A DNA stretch of 20,000 nt from an uncultured virus (IMG/VR IMGVR_UViG_3300020048_000119). Taxonomy: Duplodnaviria; Heunggongvirae; Uroviricota; Caudoviricetes. Of this stretch, positions 7,005 through 15,673 are shown one piece after another (the stretch's first letter is position 1; the number at the start of each line of letters is the position of its first letter). The notes under the pieces are model-generated. The model ran no database searches. It was not told the origin of the DNA and saw only the letters and a list, made by a program, of their open reading frames with translations. Made by a program: the position numbers and the translations under genes. The stretch covers positions 49,005 to 69,004 of IMG/VR virus record IMGVR_UViG_3300020048_000119; one strand, 5' to 3'.

Positions 7005-9956
7005 CTATACCTCACTATTCGAAAACTTCTGTCTGCGAACTTCGTTTATCTCCGCATCAGATGGTGGCTGCAGCAATAGGTGTTCTATAAAAGCAAGTCC
7101 CATTGGCGTTCTTTTATAATCTTGGCCTGCTTTTTCTACTACTGAATTGCTAATAAGGAAATGTAATAACGCCTTTAGTTCGTCTCTGTCTAAACCTGTT
7201 GCATCTTCAAGTGTGTTTCTACTGAAGTACGGCATCTGATACATCGCTCTTACAACTTCCATCAGCTCTCGTGTATTAAACGGAATACTGATAAACGCTT
7301 TACGTAGACGCATCATTGCTCCATCAGTAGTATCACTATTCTCAAAATCATCAGTAGACAGTCTGTCATACCCTAATGCTTTACTGTCATAGATTTCATT
7401 CAAATAAGTGACTACAAATTCTACATGCTCTTTCTCTACCATAACACTTGTGCCATCATCAGTAGAATATACACAGGCGGCTGTTGCTATTGCTAAGCGT
7501 GCAATCTTTAGACGCTGGTCAGCTGGCTCAACTAGTGGTACACGGCTCGAGTATTTTTTGCCCATAGTGCCTGCAGCAACAAGTATTGCATCTATTGCCT
7601 CTTGTGAAAAGTTAATGTTATTTGGCCGTCTAGACCAGGCCCACATAACTCGAAGTCTGCATAAGTCTGAGTTATATATGTGCGGTACATCAGGCATATC
7701 TTTTATGCTTTTGTTAACCATCGCTGTATCAACTTCACCTGATGCTACACCCACTGCAAAGTCTAGTCTTCGTACATCTTCAGCTTTACCAAAGAGTTTA
7801 AGAATAGACATTACACCATATGTTTCAGCTTTTAGCTGCCTACCATTACGTGGATTAGATATGAAAATCATTCGTGTTCTTGATGTGGTTTCAGCACTTA
7901 CTACACCAGTAGCTTTAGCTATTCCACTTGAACGTACGTCTGACATTTTTGCGAGGTCGTCTTCTGACATTCCAGATAATTCATCTACTGCTAGAAGACC
8001 ACCATCATTTAATGGCATTGCACCCCACATCAGCGACCACTGACCTTTAGAGCCTGATTGCTGTATGTTGTATACAAGGCCTGTACGCTTTGCGGATTCT
8101 CCTGAGAGTAATTCACCACACCTGTAGTGTCCCATAAGACGCTCTACTATTGTGGTTTTTGCCTGACCAGAGTCGCCCATTATTAGGCACTCACCCCAAC
8201 CGCGCTTTACGAACTGCTCTTGAAAATTAAAATTTAGAACAGTATGAAAAACTAGATCGACAGCAAACGCAACTTTCTTACGGTCCCAGATGTATGTGAC
8301 ATTACGCTCTAAGTCGTTATGAATCTCTTCAAACTTCTGTAAAACGGTTTGCCCTGGTTTAACCTTAAAAGCGCTTAGCTGATCATGTATCTCAGGTGTA
8401 ACCTCTAACTCATCAAGTATGTCTTTCTCAGGTACAGCATCGTCGAACACATAAGTAGAACGCTGCGTATTTGGATTAGCATGCATGTAACCTACTAAAG
8501 TATACCGCTTATTAGTAGGCATATTCGTTGATATAATATATCCGCTTCTTGCTACATATTCATGCCTAGCAGCGAAACCAAAATTAGCATCCGCTTTAGG
8601 TATCATATGTATTACTTCAAGATTACCATGTTCTTTGACGTCAAAGTTTGCTTGGCTACATTTGCTGTTTATACCGCATAACCGTTTAACTATACCCATC
8701 TGAACATCGTCGGGACAATCAACCATTTTTAATAGCGTATTATTATCAGCTGTGAAGTTAATGCTGGCTGACTTTTTGAGTAATAAAGAACAGGCTTGAC
8801 ACATCTTTGCTTCTTCACTCGCATCCGCACATGTAACTACTACATTCTTTGGATAGATAAAAGGAGCATTTTCTTTACCTGCAACTAAAACTGGAATTTT
8901 GATGCGCTTACCTGCATACTTTGCATTTGATGATTGTGCAAGAGGAACTACTGGAACATTATCATCGACAGTAGATATGTCTACAAACAACTCTTCAAAT
9001 TGCTGGGCAGTGTATTTTTCGCCCACTAGTAAATCAGTAATGTCGCCTTTCTCTCTAAACTTCTCAGGCCACCGAACAACCTTGACTTTGATACCACGTA
9101 GGTTGTCCATCATATATGCTGCAGCGCGTCTCCCTGCTTCATCATTGTCGTAGCATATCCACACTTCTTCTTTTAGCTTAAGCAGTTTAAACCACTCATG
9201 CTTAAAGCTATTCGCACCACTTGTGGCAGTGACTGTTGGGAAACCTGCTTGCTCAGATACTAGTCTATCCCATTCACCTTCACACCAGATTATACGTTTA
9301 ACAGACTCATCAAACAGATGCTCTATACCGTATAATCTACTCTCTCCATAAGCATTGCCTACTTCATCTTCGTAATTAGTCATTTTGAAGTTGTCTTCAA
9401 ATGAATTCCATTTGTATCTTCGGATGTTAACCAGTTCACTAAACTCATCATATACTGGAACAGTAACTCGTTCACCATCCCATCCTATTAGAAAGCGGGC
9501 AAGCGTAGCCTCAGTGAGACCACGCTTATCGCTTAATATCTCTTTGACGATGTTAGTAGTTGTACCTAGGGCTGCATGCCATTTTATAGGCAGCGCTGGG
9601 TCTATAGCAGGTCTACTATCTTCATCATCAGGTCTTGGTATTTCTAAGGCATCACCCAAAATATGCCAGGTGTCTGCCTTAGATGTCTTGTGTACCAAAG
9701 AGTAGAATGTGTGTATGTTCCCCTTTGAATTGCAGGCATTACAGTAGTATACACCGCGCTCAAGGTTAACTGTAAAAGATGGATTCTTGTCTTTACCGCT
9801 TGTATGTAGATGATTAAAAGGACACTGGGCTTTCAGTTCATATCCATGTCGCTGTGCGTCTAAGCCTAGGGCTTTAAGCTCGTCGGTATAAAAGACTTCA
9901 TTATCGACTGAACTGAGGATCTTGTTCCTATAATCTTTCCATTTAATGCGGATCAC
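7005..9956 (-). CDS. Primase-helicase fusion: CHC2-type zinc finger + TOPRIM primase + MCM-family AAA+ helicase
   Basis: CPF..H...D..PSF.V....YYCNAC zinc finger; TOPRIM IIWCEGEWD and ICYDND; MCM-like Walker A LIMGDSGQAKT, SGESAKRTGL, W.L.WGAMPLNDGGLLAVDE (Walker B), ISNP (sensor 1), RRLD (arginine finger). Confidence 0.9.
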   Translation of the reverse strand: MIRIKWKDYRNKILSSVDNEVFYTDELKALGLDAQRHGYELKAQCPFNHLHTSGKDKNPSFTVNLERGVYYCNACNSKGNIHTFYSLVHKTSKADTWHILGDALEIPRPDDEDSRPAIDPALPIKWHAALGTTTNIVKEILSDKRGLTEATLARFLIGWDGERVTVPVYDEFSELVNIRRYKWNSFEDNFKMTNYEDEVGNAYGESRLYGIEHLFDESVKRIIWCEGEWDRLVSEQAGFPTVTATSGANSFKHEWFKLLKLKEEVWICYDNDEAGRRAAAYMMDNLRGIKVKVVRWPEKFREKGDITDLLVGEKYTAQQFEELFVDISTVDDNVPVVPLAQSSNAKYAGKRIKIPVLVAGKENAPFIYPKNVVVTCADASEEAKMCQACSLLLKKSASINFTADNNTLLKMVDCPDDVQMGIVKRLCGINSKCSQANFDVKEHGNLEVIHMIPKADANFGFAARHEYVARSGYIISTNMPTNKRYTLVGYMHANPNTQRSTYVFDDAVPEKDILDELEVTPEIHDQLSAFKVKPGQTVLQKFEEIHNDLERNVTYIWDRKKVAFAVDLVFHTVLNFNFQEQFVKRGWGECLIMGDSGQAKTTIVERLMGHYRCGELLSGESAKRTGLVYNIQQSGSKGQWSLMWGAMPLNDGGLLAVDELSGMSEDDLAKMSDVRSSGIAKATGVVSAETTSRTRMIFISNPRNGRQLKAETYGVMSILKLFGKAEDVRRLDFAVGVASGEVDTAMVNKSIKDMPDVPHIYNSDLCRLRVMWAWSRRPNNINFSQEAIDAILVAAGTMGKKYSSRVPLVEPADQRLKIARLAIATAACVYSTDDGTSVMVEKEHVEFVVTYLNEIYDSKALGYDRLSTDDFENSDTTDGAMMRLRKAFISIPFNTRELMEVVRAMYQMPYFSRNTLEDATGLDRDELKALLHFLISNSVVEKAGQDYKRTPMGLAFIEHLLLQPPSDAEINEVRRQKFSNSEV

Positions 9957-9984
9957 CCTCTCGTCAATAGATTAGAGATAGCTA

Positions 9985-10722
9985 CTAGACTTCGTCAGAC
10001 ATTACCTGGGCTGAATCTTTAGTGGCTACATCTTCATAGTCAGCATTAACGGAGGTTTTTTCATACAGCTTGAATAACTCTGTTGCCATCAGTTTTGTTT
10101 CATCAGATACTTCTTTAGCCGAGAGGGTTGGTGTAATGATGTACCAGACGTTCTTATCCTTTGTTACTTTGGTGCCTTTTAAACTGTAGCCATAGGCCCA
10201 TAGGCTTTTACGAAGACTCTTAGCTATGCTTAACATCTTCTTGCCTTCGTTATAGTTAGTCTTAGCAAAGCTAAGAACTGCAGGCATCATGTCTGTTTCT
10301 ACAAACCCTAAGAAGTTAAGATAAGCTGTGCATAATGGTTGAGCTTCTTTACCAGTCTTTGTATTATCAAACTGGTTCATTTTGCATTGCGCACATACAA
10401 GCGTATCACCATCATGTGTTGTACCTATTCTACCGTCTCTTGAGAAACACATAATCCTGGGCTCTGCATTACGATCAGCATTCCATCTAATGTTTGAGTA
10501 GTACTGCTTGATAGCTATGAATAAATCATCCGCTTCAATTTTTTCTTTTGTCAAAGAGTTAATCACATCACCCTCTGCTGCGAGGCCTTCAATTCTTTCA
10601 GGAGATAAAGCGTTGACTACCTTAATTCTAGGAATTACGATGTCTTCTTGCCTTGACTCTTCAAAACCATGAATCTCCTCTGGTACCTGTACTTGATTGT
10701 TTTTCAGTAGTTCGTTTGACAT
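9985..10722 (-). CDS. Putative single-stranded DNA-binding protein
   Basis: GFE...EDIVIPRIKVVNALSPE N-terminus, C..C...C cluster, aromatic beta-rich core and acidic C-terminal tail, located immediately upstream of the primase-helicase. Function inferred from context. Confidence 0.5.
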   Translation of the reverse strand: MSNELLKNNQVQVPEEIHGFEESRQEDIVIPRIKVVNALSPERIEGLAAEGDVINSLTKEKIEADDLFIAIKQYYSNIRWNADRNAEPRIMCFSRDGRIGTTHDGDTLVCAQCKMNQFDNTKTGKEAQPLCTAYLNFLGFVETDMMPAVLSFAKTNYNEGKKMLSIAKSLRKSLWAYGYSLKGTKVTKDKNVWYIITPTLSAKEVSDETKLMATELFKLYEKTSVNADYEDVATKDSAQVMSDEV

Positions 10723-10741
10723 GTTTGTTTCTCCTTTTCAA

Positions 10742-11413
10742 TTATTGTTGGTTAGACCCAACCTCAGCATTATATAAGTTAACAATATAGTAGGCTAGTA
10801 AGTCAGCCACTGTATTGTTGACAACCCATTCGCGAGCCACTTCCATTGGTAAAACGTCTTTGTCGTGATCTCGCCGTTCACGATTAAACTTATCTACTAT
10901 GCAGACTGTATTAGCGGGTATGCTGGCCATAGTCATTACTTGGTCGTATAGTTGTATGCCCATTATATCCGCCTGTATTGCCTTCTTAGCATTGCCTGGT
11001 GTATAGCTCATAAGATGGCCTTTAGTCCACTGCATGTAGACCTTCTCTTTACCTATGCGCTCAAGCAGCAAACAAGCTACTTTCCATAGGTCTGCATTCT
11101 TTGCATCTTCGCCACTGCCGTTCTTCCAGTTAGCGTCACGCCATTTGAAGCACCATTCAAGCATCACAGTGTTATAGAGATACTCAGAGTCTGTTATGAT
11201 GATAACATCCTCGCCATCTTCTAGTTGTGTAGTAGACGCTTCTTTTAACGCAAGCAGCAGACCAAAGATTTCGCCACGCTGGCTTGTAGAGTTATTATCA
11301 ATATGGGACTTGTAGTACATGTTGCCATCATTAGTTTGTATCCAAGCAACACCAGCAGCTATACAGTCAGGTGAACCATTTCTTTTACAGGCGCCATCTA
11401 CGGCTATTAGCAT
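10742..11413 (-). CDS. rnhA: Ribonuclease HI
   Basis: IAVDGAC..NG, TSQRGE, IITDSEY, KNADLW, WTKGH and N..ADLLA motifs give a complete DEDD set. Confidence 0.92.
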   Translation of the reverse strand: MLIAVDGACKRNGSPDCIAAGVAWIQTNDGNMYYKSHIDNNSTSQRGEIFGLLLALKEASTTQLEDGEDVIIITDSEYLYNTVMLEWCFKWRDANWKNGSGEDAKNADLWKVACLLLERIGKEKVYMQWTKGHLMSYTPGNAKKAIQADIMGIQLYDQVMTMASIPANTVCIVDKFNRERRDHDKDVLPMEVAREWVVNNTVADLLAYYIVNLYNAEVGSNQQ

Positions 11414-12756
11414 TACTCTTCACCTACTATTCTTTTGAATATTGGGCAGTTAAGACTGTATCCGCCTTGTGCATTTCTGCTCTCACCAAAACAGTCTATC
11501 TCAACCATCTTGCCTATGATGAGCTCAGGAGCATTCCAGTACATATCTCTCATGTAGTCTGCAAACCCTGATCCAACCTTTACAAAGTAGGTAACACCGT
11601 TGCTAGGTTTGTATGCAACCTCGATTGCGCCAAGTGTTCCAGTGTATTTATTATCGCCTTCATGAATGTTAACGCATTCGCATTTGATCTCTTTGGTCGC
11701 TTTAATCTTCAGCAGTGTTTTCCTTGGATTTGGATTTACTTCATACGCTGATTGATACTCTACTAACATTAATCCTTCACCACCAGTATCCCAGATAGGC
11801 TGCGCAAGGGCCAGAGCCATTTCATGACTTTCGATAAGTCCTAAGATAGGCAGCACCTTAATAAACGTCGTTTCTACTGTCTCATAGCCTTCTGCGAACT
11901 TAAGTAGACTTGGCATGTTAAACGCATAGGTTAAATAGTCCATAGACAGTTGATCACCAAACGTTTTAGCCAGCATCATCTTCCTACCCAATGCTCCAAA
12001 TTTTGATCGGCCCGCAGCATACTCTGCTATAGGCAACATATCAAACACCATTGCACAGGCTCCATGCCTTTTACCTTTTGAGTTTAGAATAGACGCAGAT
12101 GCTTGACGTAACTCAATGCTATCAGCAAAGTCACCTATAGCAATACACTCCGTATCATAGACATAACCTACTGGTAACTTCTTTGCATCTTCTTCAATCT
12201 GAAATAACCCGCTATCACGTTTACCTGACCTGGTATATATCTCTACGCCGTCAGGGTGTGTAAAGATTAATCTACGATTGCCGTCAATCTTTTCTGTCGC
12301 AATGTAGTAACCCTTCATGTTAGTGGGAGCAAGCATTCCTCGCATAATTCCGATCTTAGGTATAAAGTCTTCACCAAACACTTTGTTAAGTGTTGTAACA
12401 TTTACACCTATCTGAAGATCGTTTGTTACCATGCCAGTAGCGAGCCATTCAGCCTCAACTGTTTCTTGTTGTTCAACGAAAGTATTCGCCATCATAGCAA
12501 CAACATCAGTACCGGTGTTGTTTACCAGTAGATACTCCATTATTGACTCGGCTGTAACTACCTTATCATATGAACCGCATCTTTCTAATTTTTTCATTTT
12601 CAAACCCGTATGCGAATATGGATTGAAAATAAAGTGCAGAATAGACTTAAAGCCCTCTACTTCTGCATACTTACGTAGTAGTCGCTCTTTTTCAAGTGAA
12701 CTTGAAGTTCTTGCAATATCTGCAATAGCTTCAGACACTTCAAACATGTTGATCAA
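11413..12756 (-). CDS. ATP-dependent DNA ligase
   Basis: EKIDGNR (adenylated Lys), YDTE, VFD, EGLML, LLKIK, VKVGSGF and SLNCPIF motifs, plus an N-terminal DNA-binding domain. Confidence 0.95.
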   Translation of the reverse strand: MINMFEVSEAIADIARTSSSLEKERLLRKYAEVEGFKSILHFIFNPYSHTGLKMKKLERCGSYDKVVTAESIMEYLLVNNTGTDVVAMMANTFVEQQETVEAEWLATGMVTNDLQIGVNVTTLNKVFGEDFIPKIGIMRGMLAPTNMKGYYIATEKIDGNRRLIFTHPDGVEIYTRSGKRDSGLFQIEEDAKKLPVGYVYDTECIAIGDFADSIELRQASASILNSKGKRHGACAMVFDMLPIAEYAAGRSKFGALGRKMMLAKTFGDQLSMDYLTYAFNMPSLLKFAEGYETVETTFIKVLPILGLIESHEMALALAQPIWDTGGEGLMLVEYQSAYEVNPNPRKTLLKIKATKEIKCECVNIHEGDNKYTGTLGAIEVAYKPSNGVTYFVKVGSGFADYMRDMYWNAPELIIGKMVEIDCFGESRNAQGGYSLNCPIFKRIVGEE

Positions 12757-12771
12757 TTTAGTCTCCCCTTT

Positions 12772-13311
12772 CTATAGATATTTAGACAGGTATGCCCTAA
12801 AGCTGCACTGCACTCTACTTACATAGGATGGGCTAGTTTTGCATATCTTTGCTATGTTTGTTGCATTCATTTCAAAGTCTGCAGCAAACCATACCAGTAA
12901 TACACTCCTAGCTACTGTGTGCATAATTTTAGGACTGTTAACATATGTATCAAAGTGATGGTGTATAATCTCTGCCGTATCTTGGCTGACTATCTCATCA
13001 CATATGAACAAAGTATTGGCTGAAGATATTTCTACTAATGTGAAAACATTTCGCTTTGCAGCAGCTCGTTCTCGTAGTAAGTCGTTTAGCCTATTTTTAA
13101 GGACAGTACAAGCGTAGTTTGCGAAGGGTACTGACGAAAAAACATCGAATGTCTCGACAGCATCCCACAATGCCTGGAAAGCAGCACTCTCTGCATCCTG
13201 ATCATCCAGTAGATTCATGTTATGCAGCATGTAATAGACTAGCTTGTGGTGCTTATTTATTAGCTGGTTCACATCATCCTGAGTTTTGTCACGCTTGTAA
13301 ATTAGGTCCAT
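12772..13311 (-). CDS. Sigma-70 family RNA polymerase sigma factor
   Basis: Region 2 LI..H.KLV...D..S....ALWDAVETFD....VPFANYA...L.N.L.D.LR; region 4 HTH ATNIAKICKTSPSYVSR. Confidence 0.88.
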   Translation of the reverse strand: MDLIYKRDKTQDDVNQLINKHHKLVYYMLHNMNLLDDQDAESAAFQALWDAVETFDVFSSVPFANYACTVLKNRLNDLLRERAAAKRNVFTLVEISSANTLFICDEIVSQDTAEIIHHHFDTYVNSPKIMHTVARSVLLVWFAADFEMNATNIAKICKTSPSYVSRVQCSFRAYLSKYL

Positions 13312-13652
13312 TACTCTTCCTCCATAAATATAGCTTCCTTAACCTGTTGGAGTGTCTGGCAAATACATGCAATACCGCCGCAGTTAGTTATCTTTAATAG
13401 TTCCTGTATTTGTAGTGCTGATGCTCTGCCTGTATCGTCCTTGCACTCTATGGCAATAAATCTACCTTTGTAGCAGATTAGCCAATCAGGCTTACCTGAC
13501 TCTGAATCATCTCGTAAACGCTGAAACCACAGATTAGGAACTAACTCAAGAAACAGTTTAGTCTTTTTCATAAGTTCCTGTTCTGTCGGATATTTTTGGT
13601 TCATGTCAAAGTACATACAAATTCTATTCAGTACTTCTTTTTCCTTCATCAT
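13311..13652 (-). CDS. VRR-NUC domain nuclease (Holliday junction resolvase-like)
   Basis: E.EL, SGKPDWL..YKGRFIAIECK...GR.S.LQ......I...GG: the PD-(D/E)xK pattern of VRR-NUC, next to an SNF2 helicase. Confidence 0.9.
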   Translation of the reverse strand: MMKEKEVLNRICMYFDMNQKYPTEQELMKKTKLFLELVPNLWFQRLRDDSESGKPDWLICYKGRFIAIECKDDTGRASALQIQELLKITNCGGIACICQTLQQVKEAIFMEEE

Positions 13653-15331
13653 TCCAGTGCCTCTGCTTTCAAATGCTCAAAGAGCCCGTACGATGCATCT
13701 CGTTTACCGCTTACGTTTTTGTAGATCATTTCATCTACTGTGTCTTTTGCTATCATAACGTAGTAGTTGCATTCATGTGGCTGTACTGAGATATGTCCAG
13801 CTATGCGCTCTGAAGATTGCTTGAGGGCTTCCCAAGAGTCTGTACAGCTGAAGTATATTGCATTATACGCTTCTACTAAGTTTATTCCCATACCTACTGA
13901 TAGTGGATGACATACTAAATGCTTAACTGTGCCTGCTTTAAAAGCGGCTATAGAATCTTGTTTATATTCCAGTGATGTACCACCTCTAAGATAACGAGCG
14001 CTCTGGCCAAAGAACTTTTCTAGCATTACAAACTCTGCTTTGTAGTTGGCCCAGACTATTAGCTTCTTGTCTTCGCCAATTACATCAGTTATTAATCGCT
14101 GCATCTCAACAAGTCTGTAGTCGCTTAGGTGATACACCTCAGTCCCTATTTCTTCGTAGCATAGCATACGTGCCTTCTTGTTTTCTTTTATCGCGTCTGT
14201 GTCCATCACAAACCCAGAAGTTATTTGATTAAGCTTAGCCCGTATGGCAGCGGCCATAGTGCTAGAAATGTTTGTACCTTCTATTTCTACAAGTCTATCT
14301 TCTCGCATTCTGTTATAGATAGGCTTAAGCCCATTCTCTAGTTCAAAGTATACAGTGTGCCAGTATTTACCAGCAATAGGCATAACACTCTGATCTACAT
14401 ATATGCTTCTTGTTGCAAGTATGCTATTAAACTCTTCTGCCATTTCAGGTCTTAAAACTAGTTTTTCATAGTTGTTGTTCCTGGAAGTATTCGTGAAGTA
14501 TCTGTTTACAAAATGCGTCCTTGCACTTGGAAAGCAGTATGGGTCTATAGTTTTCATTTGTGTATAATATTCAGACTCATTATTGGGTGCTGGTGTTGCT
14601 GACAGCAAATACCAACGAGGTATCGTCAGAGATAGATCAAGAGCAGCGTCACTTATCTTTGCTTTATGGCTTTTGATCTTGGAAGACTCATCAAAGAAAC
14701 AGATGTCAAAGTTAGTGGCTAACAGTACTTCTAAGCTATCGGCCACTAGCTCTAACGACCATATTACAATGTGAGCTGGAGTGTGTATTGCTTTCCATCT
14801 GTCTTTTCCATAATAGGCTACTACCTGTAGCTCTGGATATTTCGCAGCATCAGCGAGCCAACTCTGTATTATGCTACTAGGACAAATGACTAAGCATCGC
14901 TTCGCTTCATTCCGCTTCAGCGCATTGTACATAATTTTCAAGGCCATCAGTGTTTTTCCGGTCCTTGTATCGTAAAAAAATCCGTACCGCTTATTTATCT
15001 CAGCTAGTTCAACTCCCATAGACTGATGTGTCCATAGCAGCGGATCCGAAGCTGTTGGACCATACTTCTTAAGTAAAGCGGTACGGGCTTCCTGTGTTTC
15101 TACTGTTCTATAGCGTTCTCTTATATTTCCTTCTGGGCACTCCTCTAATGTGTTGATGCCTCGTAGGTACTTAAGTACTACTGGCAGGTACATTAGAGAG
15201 CAGTAGTATTCAATCTTTTTTCGTCCCTTCTCTATTCTTGGACAAAAAGAAAGAAGGCGTAACATGTCTTCATCCGTACTATCTGCTTCTATTCTAATAA
15301 AGTAATCATTTACAAAAATACGGTTCTGCAT
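13649..15331 (-). CDS. SNF2-like superfamily 2 helicase
   Basis: LWTHQ, DTRTGKT, LVICP, FFDESS.IK, LLSATP, KLNQITSGF, GMGINL and QSSERI motifs; AGGAGG SD. Confidence 0.9.
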   Translation of the reverse strand: MQNRIFVNDYFIRIEADSTDEDMLRLLSFCPRIEKGRKKIEYYCSLMYLPVVLKYLRGINTLEECPEGNIRERYRTVETQEARTALLKKYGPTASDPLLWTHQSMGVELAEINKRYGFFYDTRTGKTLMALKIMYNALKRNEAKRCLVICPSSIIQSWLADAAKYPELQVVAYYGKDRWKAIHTPAHIVIWSLELVADSLEVLLATNFDICFFDESSKIKSHKAKISDAALDLSLTIPRWYLLSATPAPNNESEYYTQMKTIDPYCFPSARTHFVNRYFTNTSRNNNYEKLVLRPEMAEEFNSILATRSIYVDQSVMPIAGKYWHTVYFELENGLKPIYNRMREDRLVEIEGTNISSTMAAAIRAKLNQITSGFVMDTDAIKENKKARMLCYEEIGTEVYHLSDYRLVEMQRLITDVIGEDKKLIVWANYKAEFVMLEKFFGQSARYLRGGTSLEYKQDSIAAFKAGTVKHLVCHPLSVGMGINLVEAYNAIYFSCTDSWEALKQSSERIAGHISVQPHECNYYVMIAKDTVDEMIYKNVSGKRDASYGLFEHLKAEALE

Positions 15332-15509
15332 GCCTGCCTCCTACATATAAAGTTATGAGAGTGGATTGTGTATTGCTTGACGTCCACTGTTCGCCACTAT
15401 AGCTCGTATACACCTGAGATCGTGCCTTGACTAGACTGCGTCGGCATAACCTTCCTTCAAAATATGACGCATGGAAAACCAGTTGTTCATAAGTGTCTAT
15501 AGGACATAT

Positions 15510-15602
15510 TGGGAGAGCTACAGGATTCGAACTCTGTGCTTAACCACTTCAGAGTATCAATACTCTCAGAGGTTGATTGTGCTACCATTACACTAAGCTC
15601 CC
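15510..15602 (-). tRNA. Aberrant tRNA-like element, Gln(CTG)-like, with a 17-nt anticodon-loop insertion
   Basis: Acceptor stem GGGAGCT/AGCTCTC followed by CCA; D-arm GTGT-AATGGTA-GCAC; T-loop GTTCGAATC; CTCTGA occurs twice in the anticodon region. May be a pseudo-tRNA. Confidence 0.65.
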
Positions 15603-15609
15603 ATAAAGT

Positions 15610-15636
15610 GCGGGCTAGACTACCAAACTAGCCCGC
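15610..15636 (-). terminator. Stem-loop (possible terminator or processing signal)
   Basis: Perfect 9-bp stem GCGGGCTAG/CTAGCCCGC with a 9-nt loop, followed on the minus strand by a weak U-tract (ACTTTAT), downstream of the 15674 stop. Confidence 0.55.
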
Positions 15637-15673
15637 TAGATCCGTGAAACTGAAAGGAGTAACTAGCTCTTTT

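Noticed and set aside
7408..8043. 211-aa plus-strand ORF and the other plus-strand ORFs (e.g. 806-1057, 9385-9705, 12431-12826, 18901-19464)
   Set aside because: They lie antisense to well-supported minus-strand genes and have no recognisable motifs; they are shadow ORFs.
15397..15602. tmRNA interpretation (tRNA-like domain plus short ORF)
   Set aside because: There is no G3:U70 alanine identity pair, a full D-arm is present, and the short ORF has its own ATG and no ssrA-like AA C-terminus.
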